Shown: piece after piece, positions 1 to 12,845 of the stretch | Position numbering within the stretch: position 1 is the stretch's first letter | How the letters are laid out: every line of letters begins with the position of its first letter | NCBI RefSeq assembly: GCF_963921235.1 | Contig: NC_086097.1 | Location: 11,532,001 to 11,596,000 of the forward strand | Reading direction: 5' to 3' | Origin: Mobula hypostoma | Taxonomy: Eukaryota | Length of the DNA: 64,000 nt | Notes under the pieces: generated by a model | Seen by the model: only the letters and a program-made list of their open reading frames with translations | Databases searched by the model: none | What the model was told of the DNA's origin: nothing | Made by a program: the position numbers and the translations under genes

Positions 1-39
1 TATTTATGTCAGGATATCCCAAAGCATTTTTTTACAGCC

Positions 40-358
40 AATTAAGAAGGTAGAGGGAGGGAGAGGAATACAAGCTGACAGGTGATAGGTGAAACAAGGT
101 GAGGGGAGTGTGTGGGAAGGGGAATGAAGTAAGAAGCTGAGAAGGAAAAGGTGAAAGAGGTAAAGAGCTAAAGAAGAAGGAACCTAGTAGGCGAGGAGAG
201 TGATTCATGAAGAAAGGAAAGGAAGAAGGCAACCAAAGAGGGGTGATGGGCAGGTGAGGAGAAGAGAAGGGATGAGAGGGTAACCAGAATGGGGAATGGA
301 AAAAGAGAGGAAGGAGGGTGTGGAAAGTTACTAGAAGTTAGAGAAATTGATGTTCTTC
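40..358 (-). mobile_element. Penelope-like element 3' remnant (purine-rich tract plus endonuclease-terminal motif)
   Basis: Reverse complement of 341-356 (gaacatcaatttctct) matches the end of the Penelope ORF at ~9918-9935. The AG-rich tract resembles 15540-15810. Confidence 0.55.
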
Positions 359-369
359 TCTCCCCCCCC

Positions 370-540
370 CCCACCGACCTTAATATTTTGGTGTCTGCCC
401 CCTTTCCAGTTCTGATGAAGGAACTTGACCCAAAACATCAACTCTTTATTCCCCTCCATTGATTCTGTCTGACTTGCTGAGTTCCTCCAGCCATACTGTA
501 TGTGCTGCTGAAGATTTCCAGCATCTGCAAAATCCCTTGT
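370..540 (+). mobile_element. Penelope-associated terminal repeat with degenerate minimal hammerhead
   Basis: cagttCTGATGAaggaacttgacccaaaacatcaactc at 407-444, followed by the ...gctgagttcctccagc...ttccagcatctgca tail that recurs across the window. Confidence 0.6.
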
Positions 541-654
541 GTTTATAATGAGAGCATGGTCTTTCTTGGAATTATTCAGCTGCTCAGAATGATTCAGGCT
601 TTGGCTGATGCTCTTTCATTAGACCAGTTTATTAGTGCATTAGCAACTCAAAGC

Positions 655-950
655 TCTAAACCAGTGGGGATAGTTTCACTCAACGTTGCTTGCTCCATCA
701 CTGTTCCCACAAACTTGGACTCAGTTTCAAAGAGTCTTTATCTAATGTTCATGATATTTATTACTATTGTTTCCTTTTTATTAGCACAGTTTGTTGTGTT
801 TTACACATTGGTTGTTTATCCATCCTGTTGGATGTGGTCTTTCCTTGATTTTACTATGTCTCTTGGATTTTCTGAGTGTACCTGCGAGAAAACGAATCTC
901 AGAGTTGCATATGGTGACTTTGCTAATAAATTTACTTTGAATTTTGATTA
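655..950 (+). mobile_element. Rex1/Babar-type LINE 3' UTR fragment
   Basis: Ends gaaaacgaatctcagagttgcatatggtgac...aataaatttactttgaa. The same tail follows Rex1-type coding sequence at 39490-40260 and 42590-43160. Confidence 0.6.
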
Positions 951-1367
951 ACCTTCATGTGGTTTCTGAGGGAATGTCATTGGTTTAGACTGCAGGGGAC
1001 TCTTGGGAATTGTGCTTTGAGACCTTGCAGAAAATCTGCCTCAACTAAATTCCTCATCCAAAACTGAGCATCGTTATAGCCAGAGGCACTAATATTTCTA
1101 ATTATTCATGCACTCTTAAGTGCTTTTTCTGAAAACCACTCTTTGTATTTAGATTAAGTTTCATATGGGATGTTTGCACCCATGTCACTTTGTTTTGGGA
1201 CCTAATGACAGTTTTTAGTCAAAAGCTCTATTTAGGTAATTCTCAACTTGATAAAATGCTTGCTGAATGTAGGCTTTTGCTTTTCCTTCTAATGTTTAGC
1301 ACTTGTAAATGTATATACAAGCAGAGAGCATGTCTCTCACTTGTATGAAGGGTACAGTCTCTTAAGA

Positions 1368-1560
1368 ATCGGAATCAGATTTAATATCACCAGCATATGG
1401 TGTGAAATTTGTTAACTTTCCGGCAGCTGTCTGCCTGCGGTCTCTTGCAACAAGACCCGATGTGAGCACGAGATACAATGCAATACACGACAATAAATAA
1501 ACTGTGAATTACAGTAAGTATATATGTACATTAAATAGTTAAATAAGTAGTGACAAAATC
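1368..1560 (-). mobile_element. Rex1/Babar-type LINE 3' end fragment
   Basis: Starts gaatcggaatcagatttaatatcacc, shared with 5727, 43735 and 50883; the 50883 copy is attached to Rex1 RT sequence. Confidence 0.55.
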
Positions 1561-1599
1561 AAATGCTGGAGAGGAAAAGGAAGAGAAAGAAGTGTGAAG

Positions 1600-2020
1600 T
1601 GGACAATCCATTTCCATCGCCTTCAAGGAAACCCTTCCAACAGATGCATACCACACCCTTCACTTTTCAGTATTTCAAAAGGGGCCATTTTCTTTGACTC
1701 ATTGGTTTGTTCTGTCATCTCCACCGACTTCCACTTCCATCTTCCCTTGGAACTGCATTTCCTTCCCACCATCTCAAGACATTAATGATCCCACAGGGTA
1801 ACAAAGTGCAGGTTGGAATAGATAATTAAAGTGCAGTCTATTCTCACCTTTAAGTTACTGGCCACTTGAAATCTGCATACAGCCTCCACTCTGACCTGTC
1901 TGTCTGCCGTCTCTTGCACTGCTCTAACAAGACCCGATCTGAGCTTGAGGAACAGCACCTAATCTTCTGTCTGTCTGTAGTGCAGGTATTCAAACTCAGT
2001 ATCAAACTTTACAATTTCAG
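1600..2020 (+). mobile_element. Degraded Penelope-like RT C-terminus / GIY-YIG remnant
   Basis: Similar to 9390-9935, e.g. gaggaacagcacctaatcttc versus ggagcaacaccttgtattcc. Confidence 0.5.
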
Positions 2021-2296
2021 ATAAATGCATATTTGTTCTGACTGAAGATGTAATATTGGTTCAGTTCGTCTCTCATTGACACAGCCTGATCAGTTAGGCA
2101 TGGACTACACGTTTGCATTTTGAAAACTACATTACTTCCTTTGCGTGCTCTCTTTGTAACTGTTTCATTCAGATTCTTACTCTCACTGTACCCATTAAAG
2201 GATCAGCTGGGCGACCTCATTTGAAATTTGTCCTTACACCAAGTCTGGCCTCACTAAGTTTGTCCTGTCCATCTCTACCATACCATCCTGTATTTA

Positions 2297-2515
2297 ATTT
2301 ATTTAAAATACAGCACAGAACAAGCCCTCCTGGCTCAACAAAGCTCACTGCCCAGCATCCCACCTAATCAACACTAGCCTAATCACAGGACAATTTACAA
2401 TGAGCAATCAACCTACTAACTGGTATGTCTTTGGACTGTGGGAGGAAACCCACGCGTGTCATGGGGGAACACATTCCAACTGTAATAACATCACACTAAA
2501 CGCTATGCCGCTGTT
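2297..2515 (-). mobile_element. tRNA-derived SINE (degraded)
   Basis: Shares ctaatcacaggacaatttacaa...tctttggactgtgggaggaaacc with the SINE at 20869-21183. Confidence 0.65.
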
Positions 2516-4512
2516 AAAACCAATTTGTTCTCTCTCTTAGATCTGACAAAGGGTCATTGACTGAAACACTAACTTTGTTTCTCTTTTCACAGGTGGTACC
2601 TGACTGCGGAGTCTTTCCGGCACTTTTTGATTTTATTTCAGATTTTCAATTTTTTTTTGTTTTTTCAATAAGAACAGCTTAGTTAATATTACTCGATTTT
2701 TGATCATGAATACTCAGTTCATTCCTGCTGTTTCTGCATTTCAGTTCCACAGATTTCTGTACACTTTCTAAAAGACTATTAATTTTATTGTTTTTTTTCA
2801 CTCTTATCAGAAAGCTTTTTTACTGGTGTAAAGCAGAACTATTACTGCAGGCAAACATTTCCTTTCACTTGACGTGGTTTTAATAGAAAACCACAATGCA
2901 GCTGATGGCAATCAAATCTTGTTTCTATGAAGTAGGAGTTTTATTATGGTCTTCCCCTCTCATAGGAGGTTTTGTTCTGGGTGTAAACTCACCTAGCTTG
3001 ATTTCACACTGCCGCAGTCATTCTCCCCCCATCTTGTCTGCAGTTAGCAAGGGTGGCTTTGGTGATCTCACTTCAAAGGTCTGAGTTGACTACAACTGCC
3101 TTTGGTTGTTCTTGCATGGATGTTATCTTTAACCCTTGCCTTACCACAATGTCCACCTGCACTTTTAATTAATCTTCTCCACTGGAATAAAAGATAATTA
3201 GTTTGATCCACAGAACACTGATATTTACAAACTAATCTTTCTGCAAATTCCCGGAAAATGCTATGCTCTGACGTATAAGGATTTTGTTTTTATAGTGTCT
3301 AATCCATAAGCAAGCTTTTTGGTCCTTTTGTTTAAAACATGGATTTTAAGTATTTTTAGAACAGAAAATGCTTGAAACACTCAGCAGATCAACACATGAA
3401 GAGTGGTAGAGTTGGCTCTCAATGACCTTTCATCTGAAAACTCATCAAAATGTAATTTTAAAAGCCTTCATTTCCACTTTTGTCTCAATTGATTAAAGGC
3501 ATTAATTTTTGTTTTGCATTCAGTTTGGTATTTAAAATGCAAGATTAAATAATATATGCTAAATGAAAATCCATTTAAGGCAGGTGGTTCAGGAAAGTCC
3601 CAGAAAAAATATTGGGCCTTGCCTTCCTCTGTACTCCTGAGGCACAGGCTTGGCATGGATCCCATGAGTGCCTGGTGACAGCTTCCTACTGACAGTTTTT
3701 TTTTTAATATCGTTGCTCTTCCTGTCCTTGTCAGCTTTTTGGTTGGAAAGTCAGCATGTGGCATGTTAATGAAGCCTAGCCAATGAAGATTGGCCAAGCC
3801 TTCTGCTTTTGAGTGGGCATGTGGTTGGTTAATGTGTTCCCATTTAGGTGTTGAAATTGAGCTCATGACATCCAAGTAGATGAGAATGAAAAGACCAGTG
3901 AAAGTACATTTTCCAACCAGATCGTTGTCACCTCCATTTTGTTTTAATTTATATTTCTTCAAAAATATTCCAAAAACCTACAAATATATTAATTTATATT
4001 AAATGCTGGCATCCACTATATATTTCTTAGTGTAGTGCTAGAATAAGTAATAATTAATAATTTTAATAATTGCAGCACTTTATTACATAAAAGTTTTTGG
4101 GTATTTGCTGTAGCAAGCACCTTTATAGCTTGTTGAGTGAGTTGTGGGCAATTTTCTGCTTTGGAATTTTCAACGAATTTGTGCTCCTCATTCTATTGTG
4201 TTTCTTTATATTTACTATGAATGTCCACAAGAAAATGAATTTCAGGCTACTACATGGTGACATACAGTATGTACTTTGATAACAAATTTTCTTGGAACTT
4301 TGAACTTGTACTAGTATCAAAACCTGCTCTATAGGTGCACAATGCACCGCTCAAATATGTAAAGTGCTTACTATTTATAAAATCCTGGATTGTGTGTTAC
4401 CTATTCCTGAAAGCTGTTTGGACTGTTCATTTAAATCTCGAGTAGTTGATTTTAAAATGATCACCAAAATATTCTCAAAAGTAATTGAATATTTTTCACT
4501 TTTTGTTTAAAG

Positions 4513-4606
4513 AAACGTCATATTTCTAAGCCAAATGATGATCCTGAGGGCAACAATTCAGACTCAGAGTTAAAGAGTGGAAAGAGAGTAAAAAAAACAC
4601 CAAAGG
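4513..4606 (+). CDS. Penultimate coding exon of an unidentified host gene (KRHISKPNDDPEGNNSDSELKSGKRVKKTPK + 1 nt)
   Basis: Acceptor ttttcactttttgtttaaAG (4511-4512) and donor G|GTAAGA (4607). 94 nt, open in frame 0, phase-compatible with the next exon, non-repetitive sequence. Confidence 0.75.
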
Positions 4607-4846
4607 GTAAGAGCTTTCCATATCACCCATCACATGAGGAACTGTAGCGTGTAGTGCTTATGTTGAACTATCAGCTAAGACATCTCTGTTGACCTGGTGC
4701 TTAGTTTGCAGCTGTGTTGGCAGTGGTTGATGTTTCCTACAGATAAGATATAGCTACATTTTACCAAACTGTTGCTCTTTATAATGAAGCAGGATTCATC
4801 ATGAAGTGTATTTGCTGATTAATGTGTAATATCTATTTATTTACAG

Positions 4847-4956
4847 TCAAGAAGCCAACAAGAAAGAATTCGAAGAAGGTAGTGACAGTTGAAATAGGTA
4901 CTCAGACATCACCGCTTGCCATGACAAGTCCTAGCAGAAAAAAAACATCTAAATAA
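4847..4956 (+). CDS. Terminal coding exon (VKKPTRKNSKKVVTVEIGTQTSPLAMTSPSRKKTSK*)
   Basis: Branch-like gctgat at ~4814 and acceptor tatttatttacAG (4845-4846). G|TC gives Val in frame; stop TAA at 4954-4956; AT-rich 3' UTR follows. Confidence 0.75.
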
Positions 4957-5616
4957 ATGGTTACATGCAGAAAAAGAAACTTCCTTATTCTTTGCATTTA
5001 GTTCAAGTCTGACAATTTTGAAAGAAGTTATTCTGAATATAGTTCTCATTGTTTAAAAAAACATGCAGGATCTCTTTCATTTTTTACTAGATTTTGTATG
5101 TTGTACATTTTTGTTGTGAAAATTTAAAAAGTTAAATACTGAAACTTTGCTTTTTACACAATGCAGACTTTGTCATTTTTCTGCTACTTCAGTCAAAGAG
5201 CTGTGCAGTATCATGAAATTACAACATGTAAAATGGTAGGAAGCAATGAGAAAAATTATACCCTCTTTTGAGGGAAAAGAGAAAAGAAGTCTTGTTAAAT
5301 TTGCAAATAATGCAGGATTTAGTGTTTTATACTGTGGAGTAGGCGATCGTGCTCATGATTTGTCAGGACATTTGTTAACAATGGCATAAGTACCTGGTTG
5401 TATATCCAGAAGAATATATGTTCCCTTATTATGGTTTTTACCTGGAGCTAACATTGTGCTTATTAATTTTAAATGTACTATAATATTGTAAACCCTGACA
5501 TGTTTCAGTTGTCTTACTTGAATGACATAAATTTCTATACTTTTTTCTGATCACTTGAAAGGATAGCATAATTTTAAAGCTTTTTGCAAAATGAGCTTGT
5601 TAAATGTTCTCAGCAA

Positions 5617-5691
5617 AATAAAGAATTTTCCATGAAAGTGTTCTCTATGTCAGACTATATTGTATACTTTATGTATTTGTGTGTTTGTGTG
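5617..5691 (+). terminator. Candidate polyadenylation signal of the host gene
   Basis: AATAAA at 5617-5622 followed by a GT/T-rich element (tgtatttgtgtgtttgtgtg, ~5672-5691), just before repeats resume. Confidence 0.5.
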
Positions 5692-6826
5692 CACCTCGGT
5701 ATTCCAAAATCTTATTTCTGGGCATCTGAATCAGAATGAGATTTAATATCACTGGCATATGTCGTGAAATTTGTTGTTTTGCAGCCGCAGTACAATCCAA
5801 TACATAATAAAATAAACTAAACAATAAGGAATATATATTTTTTTAATTAAATAAGTAGTGAAAAAAGAGCAAACATGAAAAAAAATCATGAAGGCTATGT
5901 CCATTGTCCTTTTAGAAACTTGATGGCGGAGGGGAAGAAGCTGTTCCTAAAACAATGAGTGTGTGTCTTCAGGCAGAAGTAGGCTCCTAAACCCTTAGCT
6001 GCAGCCTTGGCATCAACTGAGAATGTATTTGTAACTTGTTGAGTTGTATATTCTGCATAACTTCAGAAAAAAATAGTAATTCTGAAACAAAGTATATAGA
6101 TCTGCAATTTGTTGTCAGTCTTTAAAGTAGTTATGAACCAAAATAGCCTATTACAGTGACAGAAAGTTAGAAAATATCTTTCATTCTTTGCAGATGGAGA
6201 GTTAAACCCAGGTATTAAAAGTGTTCTTCTCAAACAATATTGATAGTGCTATTAGCAGCTTACAAGTTTATTTTTAAAATCACTAAAATCTTTAGAGCAC
6301 CACTGTTACATATCTAGAGATTCACTGGTCACAATGGCTCACAATTTTTTTTCTTCTGTTTCACTTTATGGCCATACTAACCCTGAGGAATGTATTATTA
6401 CCTGTAATGCCTCTAATTGGAAAGTATTATTTAGAGGCAAAAGTATAAATTGAGGTATTTCCAAATGGAGCTAAGGATATGGAGTAAATCTTCAACTGGT
6501 ATGAGAGGAAATTCTGGGCACTGCCTGAGATTGAAGATGGAATAAGAATACAGTTTAGACCATAAGATTACAGAAGCAGCATTAGGCCATTTTGCTTATA
6601 GAGTCTGCTCTGTCATTTCATCATGGCTGATCCATATTCGTCCATTCTCACATCTGCAAAGAATGAAAGGTGCTTTATAACTTTCTGTCACTGTAATAGG
6701 CTATTTTGGTTCATAACTACTTTAAAGATTGACAACAAATTGCAGATCTATATACTTTGTTTTAGAATCACTGCTTTTTTTGAAGCAGACCGTACGACCC
6801 CATTTAAATCAGTGGTGCGCAAGTAG

Positions 6827-7530
6827 AACAGGTCAAAAGCTTTAAGTTCCTCGGGGTCAATATCACAAATGACCTGACTTGGTCCAGCCAAGCAGAGTAC
6901 ACTGCCAAGAAGGCCCACCAGCGCCTTTACTTCCTGAGAAAACTAAAGAAATTTGGCCTGTCCCCTAAAACCCTCACTAATTTTTATAGATGCACCATAA
7001 AAATCATTCTTCTAGAGTGCACCACAAACTTGTATGGAAGTTGTCCTGTCCAAGACCAGAAGAAGCTGCAGAAGATCATGAACACAGCCCAGCACTTCAC
7101 ACAAACCAATCTTCTGTCCTTGGACTCACTTCACACAGCACGCTGTTGGAGCAGTGCTGCCAGGATAATCAAGGACATGACCCACCCAACCAACACACTT
7201 TTCGTCCCTCTTCCCTCTGGGAGAAGGCTCAGGAGCTTGAAGACTCGTACGGCCAGATTTGGGAACAGCTTCTTTCCAACTGTGATAAGACTGCTGAACA
7301 AATCCTGACCCGGATCTGGGCCGTACCCTCCAAATATCTGGACCTGCCTCTCGATTTTTTTTTGCACTACCTTACTTTCCCTTTCCTATTTTCTATTTAT
7401 GATTTATAATTAAATTTTTTAATATTTACTATTGATTTGTACTCCAGGGAGCGTGAAGTGCAGAATCAATTATCACTGATGATTGTACGTTCTAGTAACA
7501 ATTGTTTGGCAACAATAAAGTATAAAGTAT
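6827..7530 (+). mobile_element. Rex1/Babar LINE, 5'-truncated (RT C-terminus and 3' UTR)
   Basis: Translates to FKFLGVNITNDLTWSS...AHQRLYFLRKLKKFGLS...KKLQKIMNTAQ...PLPSGRRLRSLKTRTARFGNSFFP; tail aataaagtataaagtat. Confidence 0.85.
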
Positions 7531-7537
7531 ATTCCCT

Positions 7538-8026
7538 CTCAGCCCCAATCTCCTCCTTTCTCTCTGTAGCTCTTCATGCCCTGACTGATCATGAATCTAT
7601 CAACCTCTGCCTTAAATATATTCAATGACTTTGCCTCCATAGCCACCTGTGGCAATGAATTCCACAGATTCACCACTACCTGGCTAAAGAAATTCCTCCT
7701 CATCTCTGTTCTAAAAGGATGCCCCTCTATTCTAAGGCTATGTCCTCTGGTCTTATACCCTCCCACCAAAGGAAGCATCTCTCCATACCCATTCGGTCGA
7801 GGCTCTTCAACATTTGATAGGTTTCAATGAGATCACTCATAGTTCTGAATCTCAGTTAGTATCAAACACTCTTCAAATGACAAGGCTTTCAATCCCAGAA
7901 TCGTTTTCATGAACCTCTTTTGAACTCTCTGCAATGTCAGCACATCCTTTCTTAGATAAGGAGCCCAAAACTGCTCACAATACTCCAAGTGAGGCCTTAC
8001 CAGTGCTTTATAAAGTTTCAATGTTA
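7538..8026 (-). mobile_element. CR1 LINE 3' fragment
   Basis: LYKALVRPHLEYCEQFWAP and TRGHSLRIEGHPFRTEMRRNFFSQ are CR1 ORF2 C-terminal motifs. Confidence 0.9.
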
Positions 8027-9945
8027 CTGCTCAGGTCTTCTGCCTGCTCTGGATGTTTTCATTACTAACTGCCGATGGGACATCAACAGTCCCAACTTCA
8101 CCTCTCCTCTCTCCAATTCCACCCTCACTCCTTACAAACATACTGCTCTCCACTCTTTCTGCACTAATCCTAACCTCACCATCAAACCCACAGATAAGGG
8201 GGGGGGGATGTTGGGGGATGCTATAATAGTCTGGCAGACTGACCTCTATCTTGCTGAGGCCTGGCAACAACTGTCAGACATGTCCACTTACTTAACCCTC
8301 AAACAGGACCCCACTAAGGAGCACCAGGCCATTGTCTTCCAAACCATCACTGACTTAATTAACTCTGGGGATCTCACATCCACTGCCACCAAACTCAATG
8401 TTGCCTCACCCCACACCTCCCATTTCTACCTCCTACCCAAGATCCACAAACCTGCCTATCCAGGTAGACTAGTTCCTGCCCTAATGAACTTGACTCAGTT
8501 TTATACCCCCTGCTTCAGTCCCTTCTTACCTACATCCACGACACTTCACATGCTTTTAATCTTTTCAATGATTTCAAGTTCCCCGGCCCCATTCATCTTA
8601 TTTTCACCATGGATACACAGTCCCGATACACCTCCATCCCCCACTAGGAAGGCCTCAAAGCTTTGTTTCTTTCTGGACCTGACCCAGCCAGTTTCCCTCC
8701 ACCACCATTCTCCATCTGGCAGAACTTGTCCTCACTCACAATAATTTGTCTATCAGCTCCTCCCACTTGCTTCAAACAAAAGACATAGCCATGGGCACTC
8801 GCAGCTGTTCCTGCCTGTTCGTTGACTACATGGAACAGTCTATGTTCCAAGCCTACACTGGTATCACTCCCCAACTTTTCCTACGCTACATCGATGACTG
8901 CATTGGTGCTGCTTCCTGCACCCATGAGAAGCTTGTTGACTTCATCAACTTTGTCTCCACCTTTCACCCCGCCCTAAAATTTACCTGGTTCATTTCCAAC
9001 ACCCACCCCCCCCCCCGCCCCGATCTCACTGTCTCTATCTCTGGCGACAGCTTATCTTCTGATGTTTATTATAAACCCACTGAATCTCGCAGCTACCTGG
9101 ACTATTCCTCTTCCAATCCTGTTACTTGCAAAAATGCCATCCCCTTCTCTCAATTCCTTCGTCTCTGCTGCATCTGCTGTCGGGATGAGGCTTTTCATTC
9201 TAGAAATAAGATGTCCTCCTTTTTCAAAGAAAGAGGCTTCTCTTCATCCATCAGCAATGCTGCTCTCAACTGCATCTTTTCCATTTCGCGCACATCTCCC
9301 CTCACCCCATCCTCCTGCCACCCCACCAAGGATAGGGTTCCTCTTGTCCTCACCTTCCACCATACCAGCCTCCATGTCTGGTACATAATTCTCTGAAACT
9401 TCCACCATCTCCAACGGGATCCCACCACCAAGCACATCTTTCCCTCCCCCCAACCTTCTGCTTTCCCCACGGATCGTTCCTCATGCGACTCCCTTGTCCA
9501 TTCTTCCCTCTCCACTGATCTCCCTCCTGGCAATTACCCTTGCAAGTGGAACAAGTTCTACGCCTAACCCTACACCTTCTCCCTCGCTGTCATTCAGGGC
9601 CCCAAACAGTCCTTCCAAGTGAGGCAACACTTCACCTGTGAGTCTGATGGGGTCATCTGCTGTATCCAGTGCTCCTGGTGTGGCCTCGGGTATACCGGTG
9701 AGACCTGAGGTAGATTGGGAAATCGCTTTGCCAAGCACTTATGCTCCGTCTGCCAGAAAACGCGGGATCTCCCAGTGGCCACCCACTTTAATTCCACTTC
9801 CCATTCCCATTCCAACATGTCAGTCCATGGCGGCCTCTACTGTCGCAATGAGGCTGCACTCAGGTTGGCGGAGCAACACCTTGTATTCCATATGGGTTGC
9901 CCACAACTTGATGGCATGAACATTGATTTCTAGAACTTCCGGTAA
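8027..9945 (+). mobile_element. Penelope-like retroelement (RT plus GIY-YIG endonuclease), disrupted
   Basis: IKPTDKGG, FYLLPKIHK, IAMGT, FLRYIDD, YKPT and AIPFSQFLRL; endonuclease region FTCESDGVICCIQC..CGLGYTGET and HFNSTSH. Frameshifts and stops present. Confidence 0.9.
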
Positions 9946-12845
9946 TAAGTCTATAACATAGGAGCAGAATTAGCCCATTTGGCCCATCAAGTCTGCTATG
10001 CCATTCAATCATGGCTGATCCTTTTTCCCTCTCCTCAGCACCACTCCCAGGCCTTCTCCCCGTAACTTTTGATGCCATGTCCAATCAAGTGCCTTAAATA
10101 CACCCTATGACCTGGCCACCACAGCCACCTGTGGTAACCAATTCCACAAATTCACCACCCTCTGGCTAAAGAAATTTCTCCGCATCTGTTTTAAAGGGAG
10201 GCCCTCTATCCAGAGGCTGTGCCCTCTTCTCCTAGACTCCTCCACCACGGGAAACATCCTTTCCTATCTACTTTGTCTAGGCCATTCAACATTTGAAAAT
10301 TTGCAATGAGATCCCCCTTCATCCTTCTAAATTGCAGTGAGTACAGCCCCAGAGCCATCAAAGAGATTAAGAGTCACGATGTAATGACACAGCTCTATAA
10401 AACTCTGGTTAGGCCACACTTGGAGTATTGTGTCCAGTTCTGGTCACCTCACTATAGGAAGGATGTGGAAGCATTGGAAAAGGTACAGAGGAGATTTACC
10501 AGGATGCTGCCTGGTTTAGAGAATATGCATTATGATCAGAGATTAAGGGAGCTAGGGCTTTACTCTTTGGAGAGAAGGAGGATGAGAGGAGACATGATAG
10601 AGGTGTACAAGATAATAAGAGGAATAGATAGAGTGGATAGCCAGCGCCTCCTCCCCAGGGCACCACTGCTCAATACAAGAGGACATGGCTTTAAGGTAAG
10701 GGGTGGGAAGTTCAAGGGGGATATTAGAGGAAGGTTTTTTACTCAGAGAGTGGCTGGTGCGTGGAATGCGCTGCCTGAGTCAGTGGTGGAGGCAAATACA
10801 CTAGTGAAGTTTAAGAGACTACTAGACAGGTATATGGAGGAATCTAAGGTGGGGGCTTACATGGGAGGGACGGTTTGAGGGTCGGCACAACATTGTGGGC
10901 CGAAGGGCCTGTACTGTGCTGTACTATTCTATGTTCTATGTTCTATGTTCTAAATGTTCTTTGTATGATAACCCTTTCATTCCCAGAAACATCTCTGTGA
11001 ACCATCTCTGAGCCCTTTCCAATGCCAGCACATCTTTTCTTAGATGAGCTCAAAACTTTCATGATACTCAAGGTGCCGCCTCACCAGTGCCTTATAAAGC
11101 TCCACGTCAGATCCCTGCTCTTGTATTCTAGTCCTCTTGAAGTGAATGTTAACATTTCATTTGCCTTCCTCACCACCGACTCAAGCTGCAAATTAACCTC
11201 TAGGGTGTTCTGCACAAGAAATCCCAAGTCCCTTTGCATCTCAGATTTTTGGATTTTCTTCCCGTTTATAAAATAGTGTGCACATTTATTTCTAGTACCA
11301 ACGAGCATGACTATGCACTTTCCAACATTGTATTTAATTTGCCACTTTCTTGCCCATTCTCCCAATCTGTCTAAATTCTTTTGCAGCCTTCCTCTTTCTT
11401 CAACACTACCTGCCCCTCCACAAATCTTTGTATCATCTGCGAACTTGGCAAAAAAAACATCTATTCCGTCATCTAAATCATTTATATACAGCATAAAAAG
11501 AAGTGGTCCCAACACCGAACCCTGCGAAGCATCACGAGTCAGTGGCAGCCAAACAGAAAAGGATCCTTTTTTCTCACTCGCTGCCTCTTACCAATCAGCC
11601 AATCCTCCAACCATGCCAGTAATACCATGGGCTCTTAATGTGGTAAGCAACCTCGTGTGGCACCTTGTCAAAGGCCTTCTGAAAGTCCAAAAATACAACA
11701 AACCCCACTGCATCACCTTTATCTATCCTACTTGTAATCTCCTTAAAGAATTCCAGCAGGCTTGTCAGTACTCCATAATCTCATCCTTAACAATTGACTC
11801 CAACATCTTCCCAGCCACTGTGGTTAGGCCAACTGGTCCATAATTTCCTTTCTGCTGCCTTCCTCCTTTCTTAAAGAGTGGAGTGACATTTGCAATTTTC
11901 CAGTCATCCGGCACCATGCCAGAGTCCGATAATTTTTGAAAGGTCATTACTAATGTCTCCACAATCTCAACCGTTACTTCTTTCAGTACTCTAGGGTGCA
12001 GTTTGTCTGGTCCGGGTGACTTATATTCCCTTAGGTCTTTCAGTTTTTTGTGCACAACCTCCCTTGTAATAGTAACTGCACTCACTTCTCTTCCCTCACA
12101 CACTGCAACACCTGGCACACTGCTGGTGTTTTACACAGTGAAGACTGATGCAAAATACTAATTTAGTTCATCTGCCATCTGCTTGGCCTGCATTATTATT
12201 TCTCTGGCTTCATTTTCTACTGTTCCTATATCCACTCTGAGCTCTCTTTTGCTTTATACGTACTTGAAAAAGCTTTTACTATCCACTTTGATATGGCTTG
12301 CTTTCAAATTTCACCTTTTGCCTCCTAATGATTCTTCTAGTTGCTCTCTGTAGGTTTTTAAAAGCTTTCCAACTCTACTATTTCGCTGATTTTGTTTTGT
12401 TGTATGCCCTCTCTTTTGCTTTTACATTAGCTTTGACTTCCCTTGTCAGCCACGGTGGTACTATTTTGTCATTTTTGCCTTTGTTTTTGGAATGCATCTA
12501 TCTGCATCTTCCTCATTTTAACCAGAAACTCATACCATTGCTGCTCTGCTGTCATCCCTGCCAGCATCTCCTTTCAATTTATTTTGGCTAGCTCCTCTCT
12601 CATACCACTGTAATTTCCTTTGCTCTGTTGAAATACAGCTACGTCAGACTTTACCTTCTCCCTATCAAATTTCAAGTTGAACTCAATCATATTGTGATCA
12701 CTGCCTTCTATCGGTTCTTTTACCTTAAGCTCTCTAATCACCTCCAGTTCATTACATAACACCCAATGCAGTATAGCTGATCCCCTATTAGGCTCAACAA
12801 GCTGCTCTAAAAAAGCCATCTTGTAGTCATTCAACAAAGTCATTG
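9946..12845 (-). mobile_element. CR1 LINE ORF2 (EN C-terminus to 3' UTR), degraded, interrupted at 10363-10951
   Basis: SDHNMIEF, KSPGPDKLHPRVLKE, WKIANVTPLFKKG, LGPLLFMLYINDLD, KFADD; 3' UTR ggagcagaattagcccatttggccc. Confidence 0.9.
10363..10951 (+). mobile_element. Younger 5'-truncated CR1 inserted antisense into the older CR1
   Basis: Open frame LYKTLVRPHLEYCVQFWSP...; (TTCTATG)n tail at 10927-10952. Host sequence agagccatcaaa|tgttc resumes after the insert. Confidence 0.9.

Noticed and set aside
3468..3962. 164-aa minus-strand ORF
   Set aside because: Non-ATG start, no recognisable motifs, antisense within the presumed host intron.
10306..10878. 190-aa ORF as a host gene
   Set aside because: Antisense CR1 sequence fused to an inserted CR1 3' end.
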